Shown here: positions 39,001-48,191 of the stretch, piece after piece | Layout of the letters: every line of letters begins with the position of its first letter | Position numbering within the stretch: the stretch's first letter is position 1 | Assembly (NCBI GenBank): GCA_016720925.1 | Contig: JADKJR010000013.1 | Coordinates: 52,243 to 116,242 of the forward strand | DNA: 64,000 nt | Direction of reading: 5' to 3' | Source of the DNA: Betaproteobacteria bacterium | Lineage (GTDB): Bacteria; Pseudomonadota; Gammaproteobacteria; Burkholderiales; Usitatibacteraceae | Made by a program: the position numbers and the translations under genes | Notes under the pieces: generated by a model | The model's input: the letters and a program-made list of their open reading frames with translations, nothing else | The model's database searches: none | What the model was told of the DNA's origin: nothing

Positions 39001-39177
39001 CATTGTCTCCGGACTGGCGCCGGGTAAAACCGCCGACACCTGAATGGTCGGCGTGTCGTATTGAGGCAATGCGGCGATGGGAATGTTGTTGTAAGCGAGT
39101 ACGCCCGCGACAATCACTGCCGCATTGAGCAGCACCGTCATGATCGGACGGCGAATGCAGAGTTCGGAGATATTCAT
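36031..39177 (-). CDS. RND efflux transporter permease (AcrB/MdtB-type)
   Basis: N-terminus MNISELCIRRPIMTVLLNAAVIVAG... About 1048 aa with 12-TM architecture and two large periplasmic loops. The ATG at 39177 is 14 nt downstream of the adaptor-gene stop codon. The upstream part of ORF 36031..39360 is an extension with no support. Confidence 0.9.
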   Translation of the reverse strand: MNISELCIRRPIMTVLLNAAVIVAGVLAYNNIPIAALPQYDTPTIQVSAVLPGASPETMASSVATPLERQFSTIAGVNTMSSTSSLGNTQITLEFDQGRNIDAASVDVQAALLRAQRALPIEMTTLPSYRKVNPADSPVLFLTLISPSMPLSELNSYAENLILPSLSTLPGVAQVDINGQKKFAIRMRVDPEATAARGLTLDDVSAAVRAANANTPVGTLEGARQTLVITANRQLTRAAEFSNLIIATTAAGPVRLGDIAQVEDSVESVKTASWANGERAITMSIRRQPDANTVATVDTIKAMLPRLVEQLPSSVEVKLRNDRSQSIRDAIHDVKLTLGLTVALVVLVIFLFLRHVMATIIPALSLPISLFGTLAVVYWLGYSLDNISLLAITLAVGLVVDDAIVVLENIVRHMEEGMEPMQAALQGSREMTFTIVSISISLVAVFIPIFFMPGVIGLLFHEFAVVVGVAVMVSAMVSLTLIPMLASRFLKLHDASAGANVAERWTAWFERVFKWVLGRYERTLDAALARRRVVLGVALATFVATGFLFYLLPKGFFPEEDIGQMLITVEAVEDISFPAMSELLQRTGEVIRANPATDTVIVNAFDGNSGRIFVTLKPRGQRPSMSKVVESLRRETRAIAGVNVFPNPLQNLRLGGRPSKARYQYSLKSVDNAALRSAADGMINLMRTDPLFRDVTSDAQLKGLQARFDIDRDRANAMGVNIQDIRSAMYSAFGERQIATIFTSVDSFQVIMQVGAEDRADESAFSKIFVRAKSGKLIPLSALGTVRRETGATAINHAGQLEALTVSFNLAPGVALGDASKKILQYRDQLKMPASILTSWGGDAAAFQSSQGGQVVLIISALLVIYVLLGVLYESYIHPLTILAGLPSAAVGALITLWFFNMDLSIIATVGIVMLIGIVKKNAIMMIDFAIDAQRTKGMSPQMAIRTACLLRFRPIMMTTLAALMGAMPIAFGLGAGAELRQPLGLAVVGGLLFSQVITLFITPVIYLYLDRWSGSGPMVMEGDKAEVNEAEGNGAERARMAKPAMAD

Positions 39178-39190
39178 GGGGGCCTCCTCG

Positions 39191-40453
39191 TCATTTCTTG
39201 ACAGGCTTGGCGAGGTCTGTCCCGGTGGGCACGCCGTCTGTGTTACCACCCGCAGTATCTTTTGCGGTGGGTCTGCCGGTTCCAGCCGATGCGGCTTCGA
39301 CAATGGTGCTGTCCTTGCGCACGTTCTGCGCACCTTCCACCACCACGCGGACGCCGGCACTGATACCGTTGGCGCCCTTGATGGCCGCGAGCCCGGACTG
39401 GATCAATTCGACCTCGACCGGCGTCATGATTGCCTTGTTGCCCTCGCCGACGATATAGACGAACTTGCGTTCCGGGCCCGATTGCACCGCCTGAACCGGC
39501 ACGACCAACGCGCCGGGCAGCGTGCGCGCGGTGAGCGAGACATTCACAAAACTCCCCGGCCACAGCAATCGCTCGCCGTTGGCAAACGCCGCTTTCATGG
39601 CGATGGTACCGCTGGCGCTGTCCACCGTGCTCTCAATGAACGTGAGCTTGCCGGAAAGTGTCTGTTTTTGCGGCGTGGTCAGTTCGATGGTGACCGCCAA
39701 CGGACCCTTGGCCATTGCGCGCTGTACATACGAAAGCTCGCGTTCCGGCAACGCGAACGACACGCCGATCGGATCGATCTGGCTGACGGTCACCAGCGCC
39801 TGTGTATTGGGCTGAACCAGACTGCCGACGCGAACTGAAATGGCGCCGGTGCGGCCCGCGAATGGTGCGCGGATTTGCGTTAGCGTACGCGCGACGCGGC
39901 TTGCTTCCGCGGCGGCTTCGTCGACCGCCAGTTGCCCTTTCAACACATCGGCCTGGTTGATGGCGGTATCGAGCGCGGATTGGGAAATGAACTTTTGCAG
40001 AAACAGTTCTCGCTGACGCACCAGATTGCGCTCGGTATTGGCCAGGTCGCTCCTGGTCTTGATGACCTGTGCCTCAGCCTTGCGAAGATTGGCTTCTTCG
40101 GTACGCGCATCAAGGACAAATAGCAGGTCACCTTTGTTGACGGCTTGGCCCTCCGTGAAGTGAATTGACTGGATGGTGCTGGATACCTGGGCGCGGATGT
40201 CGACTGCCTGCAAGGCCACCACCGAGCCATTGGCGATGACCGTGACGGGTAGATCCTGCTGTTTCACCCGCGCCGTGGTCACCGAGACCGGCGGGCTCGC
40301 CGTGCGTCCGGCCGTCGTCGCCGCATCGGCGCGGCTGCTTAACCACCACCATGTGGCCGCAACGAGCAAAATGACGACCGTACCAAGGACAAACGCCCAA
40401 CGGAAAGAAAGAAAACCAGGGTTACGTGAGGTACGTGAGGGAACGGCAGTCAT
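39191..40453 (-). CDS. RND efflux periplasmic adaptor subunit
   Basis: N-terminal anchor, then the typical ...VTVIANGSVVALQAVDIRAQVSSTI..., coiled-coil and beta-barrel segments. Immediately upstream of the RND pump. No outer-membrane factor gene adjacent. Confidence 0.85.
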   Translation of the reverse strand: MTAVPSRTSRNPGFLSFRWAFVLGTVVILLVAATWWWLSSRADAATTAGRTASPPVSVTTARVKQQDLPVTVIANGSVVALQAVDIRAQVSSTIQSIHFTEGQAVNKGDLLFVLDARTEEANLRKAEAQVIKTRSDLANTERNLVRQRELFLQKFISQSALDTAINQADVLKGQLAVDEAAAEASRVARTLTQIRAPFAGRTGAISVRVGSLVQPNTQALVTVSQIDPIGVSFALPERELSYVQRAMAKGPLAVTIELTTPQKQTLSGKLTFIESTVDSASGTIAMKAAFANGERLLWPGSFVNVSLTARTLPGALVVPVQAVQSGPERKFVYIVGEGNKAIMTPVEVELIQSGLAAIKGANGISAGVRVVVEGAQNVRKDSTIVEAASAGTGRPTAKDTAGGNTDGVPTGTDLAKPVKK

Positions 40454-40656
40454 GGCAAATCCAAAAGGTGGTGGCGCCGGGCATACATTGCCCGGTGAAG
40501 TATCGTTATTCTGCGGGAAAGTGCGCTTGCTTGCGATGACTAGCTACAAGCAAACGCGAGAATGACTGCGAATGACGCCGCCGGAATGGCAAGTGCTTTG
40601 GCATAATGGCTTATCTTTGGTTCACCAGCCGTCAACGATTCCCGCCTCCTTCAAGC

Positions 40657-41586
40657 ATGCAAGACGATTTCGATTTCACCAAGCCCCCGTCCGCGGGGCC
40701 TGCCGCGCCGGCGGTTGCCCCAGCACGCTTCAATCCTGCGGTCAGCAAATTCTACGATGCAATCGTCGCCGCCAGACTTTTCCGGACATCGGGAAAATAC
40801 GAACAATTTCCGGCTGGAACCACACTGTTCACGGAAAAAGAACGAGCGGGGCGGAAAGGGTTATTTGGCAAGCGTGTGGTACCCCGTATGTACCTGGTCG
40901 TCAGTGGCGACGTGACGTTGAGCGCCAACGGAAAATTGCTGGACATAATCAAGACGGGCGGAATTTTCGGCGAGATGGCGGTGATCGACGATTCACCAGC
41001 CGGCAGCACCCGCAGCGCGACCGCCACCACCAAGTCCGAATGCCACGCGTTTTCGCTGGATGCCGCGGAACTGCAGGCGGCGCTGCAATCCACCCCTGAA
41101 TTCGCTTTGATGCTGATGAGCGTGATGTTTGACCGCCTGCGTTTCCTCGCGGCGCGGTTGACGGTGCGCAAAATTGCCCCGGGGGCACATACCGGGCGCG
41201 AAGGCGCCACATTTACAACGGAACTTTTGTCCCGGTTGAACGGTGCACTGCCGCACGCCACGACGGTTCGATTCGACGCCGGCAAGGCCATCATGCGTGA
41301 AGGTGAGCCCGGTGTATGCATGTACGTGGTCATGCAAGGCAAAGTGGGAATATTCATACGCGACAATGAAGTTGAGACGGTCATTGCCGGCGGAACCTTT
41401 GGTGAGATGGCACTGGTGGATCAATCCCCGCGCACCGCCAGCGCCATCTCCCAAACTGAGTGCGTGCTACTGTCGGTGAACCGCAATACATTGTTGGAGC
41501 TCGTCAAATTGCAGCCGGAGATCGGGATGATCATGCTGCGCTCGGTAGCCGATCGGCTGCGGCATATGAATTCGCTGCTGGCCTGA
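40657..41586 (+). CDS. tandem cyclic-nucleotide-binding domain protein (paralog 2)
   Basis: MQDDFDF... GGIFGEMAVIDDSPAGSTRSATATT and GGTFGEMALVDQSPRTASAIS. Same architecture and termini as the protein at 34056. Confidence 0.8.
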   Translation: MQDDFDFTKPPSAGPAAPAVAPARFNPAVSKFYDAIVAARLFRTSGKYEQFPAGTTLFTEKERAGRKGLFGKRVVPRMYLVVSGDVTLSANGKLLDIIKTGGIFGEMAVIDDSPAGSTRSATATTKSECHAFSLDAAELQAALQSTPEFALMLMSVMFDRLRFLAARLTVRKIAPGAHTGREGATFTTELLSRLNGALPHATTVRFDAGKAIMREGEPGVCMYVVMQGKVGIFIRDNEVETVIAGGTFGEMALVDQSPRTASAISQTECVLLSVNRNTLLELVKLQPEIGMIMLRSVADRLRHMNSLLA

Positions 41587-41604
41587 GTGCGCGGCTGACG
41601 AGGC

Positions 41605-42474
41605 ATGGTGGCGCCCGCGTGTAGCGTAATCAGGCTGGACAGTCGTCAACTCAGAGTGATTCCGGCGGGCGTGTTTCAGCAGCGCGACGTCACGTCGCTC
41701 AGCCTGTTTCAAAATGCATTGACCGAACTTCCCGATGCACTGTGGCGGCTCGTGCAACTTGAAACACTGAACCTTGGCGACAATCTCATCGAGACACTAC
41801 CGGACGGTATTGGCCAATTGCGCCAACTGCGCATGCTCGATTTGGGGCACAACAAACTGACTGTGCTGCCGGATGTATTGGGTGACTTGAAAGCACTATC
41901 CGGTTTTCTCTATCTCAGCCACAACCGGCTCGTTGTGTTGCCAGATTCGCTCGGCAGGCTGTCCCGCCTTATGTATCTGAACGCCGGCGATAACTTGTTG
42001 ACGGCACTGCACTCGCGTCTCGGCGACATGAAGGCACTATGTGAATTGCGTGTCCACCGAAATCGGCTGTCCGCCTTGCCCGACGGCATCGGCGAACTTG
42101 TGCAACTGAAGGAAATGCATGCGCAACAGAATCGGTTGTCCGCGCTACCGGAGAGCGTGGGCAATCTGCGGGAACTTCGGGAACTGGATCTCGCCGACAA
42201 TGCGTTAACCGTATTACCGCATTCAATCGGCGGGCTTGGTCAGCTACGGCGGCTCAACCTGCGCAATAACGCCCTCACGGTGCTGCCGTCATCGCTCGGC
42301 GAACTTGCGCAATTGACGCACCTGGATCTCCGCGCGAACCCGCTTCATACACTGCCCAAAGAGATAGCCACGCTACCAAGACTGGAGAAACTGGATCTGC
42401 GTTGGTGCCAGCTCGATCCAGCGCCGACCTGGCTTGCGGACCTTCAAGCGCGCGGCTGCACGGTATATCAGTAG
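41605..42474 (+). CDS. leucine-rich repeat (LRR) protein, about 11 repeats of 23 aa
   Basis: Repeats follow LxxLxLxxNxLxxLPxxIGxLxx (for example LETLNLGDNLIETLPDGIGQLRQ and LRELDLADNALTVLPHSIGGLGQ). No signal peptide and no other domain. Starts 18 bp after CNB paralog 2. Confidence 0.8.
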   Translation: MVAPACSVIRLDSRQLRVIPAGVFQQRDVTSLSLFQNALTELPDALWRLVQLETLNLGDNLIETLPDGIGQLRQLRMLDLGHNKLTVLPDVLGDLKALSGFLYLSHNRLVVLPDSLGRLSRLMYLNAGDNLLTALHSRLGDMKALCELRVHRNRLSALPDGIGELVQLKEMHAQQNRLSALPESVGNLRELRELDLADNALTVLPHSIGGLGQLRRLNLRNNALTVLPSSLGELAQLTHLDLRANPLHTLPKEIATLPRLEKLDLRWCQLDPAPTWLADLQARGCTVYQ

Positions 42475-42539
42475 AGGCAGGTCGCTGTCGATGGCTGTCA
42501 CCGTCGCGCCATACTCGTGTTTGTTGACCTCATTCTTTG

Positions 42540-43307
42540 CTATTCCATTTCGCCGTAAAACACTCGCGTGTCGTACTCAAACGCTATTGAGCCGTTTTTC
42601 TGGTGCGCGGCAAATATTTCCTGCGCGCGTCTTGCCATCGCCGCATGGCGCGGATCGTCGCGTCCTGGCACGTACGATGAGGAATTGAGCCGGCCCATCA
42701 GGCCATCGAGATCAAAGCGCTGCACGTTGTCAAACGCCGCTTCGAGCGGTGGCGCACCAAAAAACGCGGCGAACACCGCCTTGTCCTGTACGTTCTTGTG
42801 ATTGATCTCGTTATAGTCGGTGCCGAATTCCTGGAGCAATGCTTCGTAGTCGCGCAGGAACGGCGTGGAATCGGTGCGGCGATCATTCCAAATCAACGAC
42901 ACCCAGCCGGGTTCCTTCAATATGCGCTGGAACTCGAGGCGCGCTTTCGGCTGATCGAACCAGTGGAACGCCTGACCGGCCACCACAAAATCCATTGAGT
43001 TTGCCGGCAGGCGCGTGGCCTCGGAGGCCCCTTCCACACTGGTGAAGCGCGCGTATTCCGCCAGGTGGTGCTCCCCGGCTTCGCGCATGTCGCGATTGGG
43101 CTCCACGCCGGCAACCGGATTGCCATTTTCCAAAAACAATTTGGTGAGAATGCCGGTGCCGGAACCGATGTCGGCGATGACGCTTTCCGGCGTCAGTCCG
43201 CATTTCTCCGCCAGCAGATCAATGATCTCGATGGGATAGTTCGGGCGATATTTGATGTAGTCGTCGACACGGGATGAGAAGCGCGTGGTGGCGTTCTTGG
43301 CAACCAT
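42540..43307 (-). CDS. class I SAM-dependent methyltransferase
   Basis: Motif I VIADIGSGTGILT. 255 aa. Confidence 0.8.
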   Translation of the reverse strand: MVAKNATTRFSSRVDDYIKYRPNYPIEIIDLLAEKCGLTPESVIADIGSGTGILTKLFLENGNPVAGVEPNRDMREAGEHHLAEYARFTSVEGASEATRLPANSMDFVVAGQAFHWFDQPKARLEFQRILKEPGWVSLIWNDRRTDSTPFLRDYEALLQEFGTDYNEINHKNVQDKAVFAAFFGAPPLEAAFDNVQRFDLDGLMGRLNSSSYVPGRDDPRHAAMARRAQEIFAAHQKNGSIAFEYDTRVFYGEME

Positions 43308-43318
43308 GGGTAGTTCTC

Positions 43319-45130
43319 CTAGAACCAGTTATCTTTCATATCCAGCGTCGTGGTATCGAGCGACTCCAGCAGATTCAGCATCGGCCGAACCTTGGGCAGT
43401 TCCCAGCGAATGAAGTATTGGCAGGCCTGCATTTTGCCGCGATAAAAATCATCGTGGCGATTCGGCGCGGCGGCCGCCGCAAGCGCCAGTTCAACCCAGA
43501 TCCACGCCATGACGATATGCCCGAACGCTTCCAGATAGACGGTTGCGTTGGCGAGTGTTTTATTGATATCTCCGGCCGCGTGCAAATCCCGGGTCGCTTC
43601 AACCAGATGATCGAGCAGGCTGAAAACCTCGCCAACGAGTTCCGTGAGATCGCCATCTTCATCGGCCCGATGCAGCGTCGCCTCCATCCGCGACACCAGC
43701 AACTTCAATGCGGCGCCATCCTGCAACACCACCTTGCGGGAAAGCAGGTCCAGCCCCTGAATACCGTGCGTGCCTTCGTGAATCGGATTGAGGCGATTGT
43801 CGCGGTAAAACTGCTCGACCGGAAAATCGCGCGTGTAGCCGTAGCCGCCGTGTACCTGAATCGCCAGGCTATTGGCTTCCACGCACCATTGCGAGGGCCA
43901 GCTCTTGGCGATCGGCGTAAGAATATCAAGCAGCAGGGTTGCGTCGCGACGCGCGATTTCACTCTCCGCGGTTTTTTCGTCATCGACCAGTTTTGCGCAA
44001 TACAAATTCAGCGCCAGTGCGCCTTCCACATAGGATTTTTGTGCTAGCAACATGCGCCGCACATCGGCGTGCTCAATGATGGGGACTTGTGGCGAAGAGG
44101 GGTCTTTCGCCTGCGGATGCCGGCCCTGCGGGCGATTGCGCGCGTAGTCGAGCGCATGCAGATAGCCGGTATAGCCGAGCATGGTTGCGCCGAGTCCCAC
44201 GCCGATGCGCGCCTCGTTCATCATGTGAAACATGCAAGCGAGGCCTTTCCCGGCTTCGCCCACCAGATAGCCGACCGCACCGGCTTTCCCGGCAGGTTTC
44301 CATTTGCCCTCGCCGAAATTGAGCAGCGTGTTGACGGTACCGCGATAGCCCATTTTGTGATTGAGGCCAGCCAGCGCGACATCGTTTCGTTCACCCAGTG
44401 TGAAATCGGCATTCACCAGAAATTTTGGTACGACAAAAAGCGAAATGCCTTTGGTGCCGGGAATCAGCTTCCCGTCCGGCCCGGGCAATTTGGCCAGCAC
44501 CAGGTGAATGATGTTTTCGGCGAGATCGTGTTCGCCCGCGGAGATCCACATTTTGTTGCCGCTGAGGCGGTACGCATCCGCGCCATCGGGTTCAGCGCGA
44601 GTCTTGATATCCGCCAACGACGAACCGGCCTGTGGCTCCGACAGGCACATGGTGCCGAAGTAGCGGCCCGCCAGCATCGGTTTTACGTACCTCTCAACCT
44701 GTTGTGGCGAGCCGTGCGCCAGCAACAGGTTAGCGGCGCCTATAGTGAGAAACGGATAGCCCGCGGTCGCAACGTTGGCACCCATGAACCAAGCCATGCA
44801 CGCCTTTTCGACTACGGTGGGCAATTGCATGCCGCCCAGCGGATAGTCCTGTCCCGCCGCCATCAAACCGGCAGCGGCAAACGCGTCCAAGGCGGGCTTG
44901 ATCTCCGGGATCAGGTGAACATGCTTACCATCGAAATGCGGTTCATTGAGGTCGGCCTTGCGGTTATGCGGCGCAAACAAATCCGTGGCGATCTGCTCAC
45001 TGGTTTTCAGGGACGCATCGAACGTGTCACGCGAATGGTCGGCGTAACGGGGACGAGCCGTCAACGATTCGACATCGAGCCATTCGTAGAGCAGGAACTC
45101 GATGTCGCGGGCGGAGAGGATCTTGCTCAT
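43319..45130 (-). CDS. acyl-CoA dehydrogenase (long ~600-aa class)
   Basis: ...GTMCLSEPQAGSSL... then ...QVHGGYGYTRDFPVEQFYRDNRLNPIHEGTHGIQ... plus a C-terminal extension. Confidence 0.85.
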   Translation of the reverse strand: MSKILSARDIEFLLYEWLDVESLTARPRYADHSRDTFDASLKTSEQIATDLFAPHNRKADLNEPHFDGKHVHLIPEIKPALDAFAAAGLMAAGQDYPLGGMQLPTVVEKACMAWFMGANVATAGYPFLTIGAANLLLAHGSPQQVERYVKPMLAGRYFGTMCLSEPQAGSSLADIKTRAEPDGADAYRLSGNKMWISAGEHDLAENIIHLVLAKLPGPDGKLIPGTKGISLFVVPKFLVNADFTLGERNDVALAGLNHKMGYRGTVNTLLNFGEGKWKPAGKAGAVGYLVGEAGKGLACMFHMMNEARIGVGLGATMLGYTGYLHALDYARNRPQGRHPQAKDPSSPQVPIIEHADVRRMLLAQKSYVEGALALNLYCAKLVDDEKTAESEIARRDATLLLDILTPIAKSWPSQWCVEANSLAIQVHGGYGYTRDFPVEQFYRDNRLNPIHEGTHGIQGLDLLSRKVVLQDGAALKLLVSRMEATLHRADEDGDLTELVGEVFSLLDHLVEATRDLHAAGDINKTLANATVYLEAFGHIVMAWIWVELALAAAAAPNRHDDFYRGKMQACQYFIRWELPKVRPMLNLLESLDTTTLDMKDNWF

Positions 45131-47232
45131 GCTGTGTTGAACGTTTTTCCTTCCGCCGCCAGTCTCCTCAGCAGAGGCGCGGGTTCCCAGAACAGCGAAT
45201 CGGCATGGGGATTGCGTGCAAAGCCATTCATCACCTCGACAACTTTTTCAAGTCCGATCCGATCGGCATAATGCATCGGACCGCCGCGCCACAGTGGAAA
45301 TCCATAGCCCGTGAGATAGATGACATCGATATCCGATGCTCGCGAGGCAATACCCTCTTCGAGGATATGCGCCGCCTCGTTAACCAGCGAATAAACGAGG
45401 CGATCGACGATCTCTTGCTTGCTGATGGGACGCGCGGAAACGCCGATGACTTTTCGATGTTGCAGAAGCATCTCCGCGACAATCGGCGAGGCGTAGGCAG
45501 TACGGTCGCCAGCTTTGTAGTCGTACCAGCCGGCACCTGCCTTTTGCCCGAAGCGCCCGAGCTCGCACAGCCGATCGGCGGCTTGCGAATATTTGAGCGT
45601 GGGATGTTCGACATAGCGCCGCTTGCGGATATACCAGCCAACATCATTGCCAGCGAGGTCGCTCATGCGAAACGGGCCCATGGCGAACCCGAATTCCTCG
45701 ATCGCGCGATCGATCTCTTCCACCGACGCGCCTTCATCCAGCAGGAACATTGCCTGGCGCAAGTACTGCTCGATCATGCGATTGCCGATGAACCCGTCAC
45801 AAACGCCGGAGACTACCGCGGTCTTCCTGATTTTCTTCGCGAGCTTCATGACGGTAACCAACACGTCACCGGCCGTTTCCCTGCCGCGCACCACTTCCAG
45901 CAACTTCATCACATTGGCGGGGCTGAAAAAATGCATGCCGATGACATCGCGTGGTCGCTTGGTGAATTGGGCGATACGATTCAAGTCGAGCATTGAGGTA
46001 TTACTGGCGAGAATGGCGCCCGGCTTCATGACGCGGTCGAGCTTCTCGAACACTTGTTGCTTCACGCCAATATCTTCAAATACCGCTTCGATGACGAGGT
46101 CCGCATCAACGAGATCTTCGTAATCAAGTGTCGCCTTCAAATGACTCATGCGTTGTTCGCATTGTTCCGCGGTGAGCTTACCTTTCTTTACGGTGTTCTC
46201 GTAGTTCTTCCAAACAGTCGCCACACCGCGATCCAGCGCGTCCTGTTTCATTTCCAGCAGCACAACCGGGATGCCGGCATTCAGGAAACTCATCGTGATA
46301 CCACCGCCCATGGTGCCCGCGCCGATGATCGCGACCATCTTGATCGGACGCGTCGCGGTTGTGTCCGGCACATTGGGAATTTTGGAGGCCGCACGCTCGG
46401 CAAAGAACGCGTGCCGCAAGGCGGCCGATTCCGGCGTCGCGACCAATTCCGAAAACAGTTTGAATTCGTAAGCGAGGCCTTCGTCGATCTTATTCGTAAC
46501 AGCAGCTTCGACCGCGTCGACACACTTGAGTGGCGCGGGAAAATGTTTGCTGGCCGCGGCAACCTTGGTGCGCGCCGCGGTGAAGATCTCCCCTGCATTC
46601 GCCAGCTCTATTGTCATGTCGCGCACGCGCGGCAGCTTGCTTCCCGCAGCGATTACTTCGTGCGCGAATGCCAGCGCTCCGGCGAGAAAATCACCGTCGA
46701 TCAACTTGTCGAGCATTCCGGTTTGGGCAAGTAACTCCGACTTCACCGGATCGCCTGAAACAATCATGTTCAAGGCGAGTTCCATCCCGGCTCGACCATG
46801 CAATACGCGCGGCAGACGCTGCGTGCCACCGGCGCCCGGCAAGATACCTATCTTCACTTCGGGCAGTCCGATCATGACGCCGGGTGCCGCGACACGGTAA
46901 TGACAGCCGAGGGAAATCTCCGTGCCGCCGCCCATGCAAACGCCATTGATCGCGGCAATTACCGGCTTCGGACTGGCCTCGAACATGGCGATGAGGTCGT
47001 GCAGATTCGGCGATTGCATCGCCTCGGGCTTGTCGAATTCCTTGATATCGGCGCCACCGGAGAAAACTTTGCCCGCACCAGTAATGATGATTGCGTTGAC
47101 GCGGGTGTCGGCGAGCGCCTTTTTCAGGCCGCCTTCGATGCCTTGGCGGGTGGCAAGGCCCATGCCGTTAATGGGTGGATGGTCGAGCGTGACTACCGCA
47201 ACGGATTCATGGGTTTTGTATTGGGCTGTCAT
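45127..47232 (-). CDS. bifunctional enoyl-CoA hydratase / 3-hydroxyacyl-CoA dehydrogenase (FadB/FadJ-like)
   Basis: Crotonase N-domain (VVTLDHPPINGM...GGADIKEF). NAD site VAIIGAGTMGGGI. 4-bp overlap with the acyl-CoA dehydrogenase gene. Confidence 0.85.
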   Translation of the reverse strand: MTAQYKTHESVAVVTLDHPPINGMGLATRQGIEGGLKKALADTRVNAIIITGAGKVFSGGADIKEFDKPEAMQSPNLHDLIAMFEASPKPVIAAINGVCMGGGTEISLGCHYRVAAPGVMIGLPEVKIGILPGAGGTQRLPRVLHGRAGMELALNMIVSGDPVKSELLAQTGMLDKLIDGDFLAGALAFAHEVIAAGSKLPRVRDMTIELANAGEIFTAARTKVAAASKHFPAPLKCVDAVEAAVTNKIDEGLAYEFKLFSELVATPESAALRHAFFAERAASKIPNVPDTTATRPIKMVAIIGAGTMGGGITMSFLNAGIPVVLLEMKQDALDRGVATVWKNYENTVKKGKLTAEQCEQRMSHLKATLDYEDLVDADLVIEAVFEDIGVKQQVFEKLDRVMKPGAILASNTSMLDLNRIAQFTKRPRDVIGMHFFSPANVMKLLEVVRGRETAGDVLVTVMKLAKKIRKTAVVSGVCDGFIGNRMIEQYLRQAMFLLDEGASVEEIDRAIEEFGFAMGPFRMSDLAGNDVGWYIRKRRYVEHPTLKYSQAADRLCELGRFGQKAGAGWYDYKAGDRTAYASPIVAEMLLQHRKVIGVSARPISKQEIVDRLVYSLVNEAAHILEEGIASRASDIDVIYLTGYGFPLWRGGPMHYADRIGLEKVVEVMNGFARNPHADSLFWEPAPLLRRLAAEGKTFNTA

Positions 47233-47310
47233 GGGATTTGATGTTTCTGTTTTTCGAGAAGTGTGTCGGGGATTCTGCGCGAATGCCGATGAGATTTGCC
47301 CTCGCAAATT

Positions 47311-48069
47311 TCATCTTGCTTTTTTCGGCATGCGCGAGAAGACGCGGTCATACAGCCAGTTGGGCGCGATTCGCAAAATTCGCCCGGCAATGCCCATCGT
47401 CCACGGAATCACCGTGAAGCTGGTCCGGGCATCGATTGCGCGCGCAAATCGCACTACCGCTTCGTCAACATCGATCAGGAACGGCATCTTGTATTTATTG
47501 ACAGCCGTCATCGGCGTGCGGATATATCCCGGACAGATAGTGACAACCGAGACCCCACTGGCGCGTAGTTCAACGCGCAGTGATTCGCAATATTTGATCG
47601 CTGCCGCCTTCGACGCAGAATAGGCGCCGCCACCGGGGATGCCGCGAAATCCCGCCACACTGGCAATTCCGACCAGCGTCCCTGCGCCCTTGTCACGCAT
47701 GGGCGCGACGAACGGATGAAATGTGTTCACCATTCCCATTACATTTACATCGAGGATTTCCTGGAACGCCTTGAGGTCGTCCCTGATTTCGGTCAACGTA
47801 CCTCGCGAGATACCGGCGTTGGCAATGACGATGTCCGGGGCGCCATAGCGGGTCATGAAATCGTTCGCCGCCTGCGTCAGGCCGACGGCATCGCGAACGT
47901 CGAGCAAATAGATGGCGGGCGCGGGATTGAGATCGGCGGCGAGTTTCTCAAGGTGTTCTTTGCGTCTCGCCACCAGCCCCAATTGACATCCGCGAGAGGC
48001 ATAGAGTCTCGCGAGGGATTCACCGATGCCCGAGGAGGCGCCGGTGATGAAAACGGTCGGTGCTGTCAT
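47311..48069 (-). CDS. SDR family oxidoreductase
   Basis: TGASSGIG cofactor motif and YSASKAA catalytic motif. Confidence 0.85.
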   Translation of the reverse strand: MTAPTVFITGASSGIGESLARLYASRGCQLGLVARRKEHLEKLAADLNPAPAIYLLDVRDAVGLTQAANDFMTRYGAPDIVIANAGISRGTLTEIRDDLKAFQEILDVNVMGMVNTFHPFVAPMRDKGAGTLVGIASVAGFRGIPGGGAYSASKAAAIKYCESLRVELRASGVSVVTICPGYIRTPMTAVNKYKMPFLIDVDEAVVRFARAIDARTSFTVIPWTMGIAGRILRIAPNWLYDRVFSRMPKKAR

Positions 48070-48135
48070 CAGGCTATTTTACGCGGGTCCGCGCGACGCA
48101 CGATGTCGCGCAATGCTTTCGCAGGATCGGAAATG

Positions 48136-48169
48136 AAAAACGCGGGCCGGAATGCTCCGGTACCCGCGC
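48136..48169 (-). terminator. rho-independent terminator of dsbA
   Basis: The minus strand reads GCGGGTACCGG-agcatt-CCGGCCCGC followed by TTTTT. Lies 23 bp after the dsbA stop. Confidence 0.55.
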
Positions 48170-48191
48170 TTCTTGTTTTGCCGTGATCCTG

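Noticed and set aside
39178-39360. 5' extension of the RND pump ORF overlapping the adaptor gene
   Set aside because: The canonical RND N-terminus MNISELCIRRPIMT begins at 39177. The extension overlaps the 3' end of the adaptor gene in another frame.
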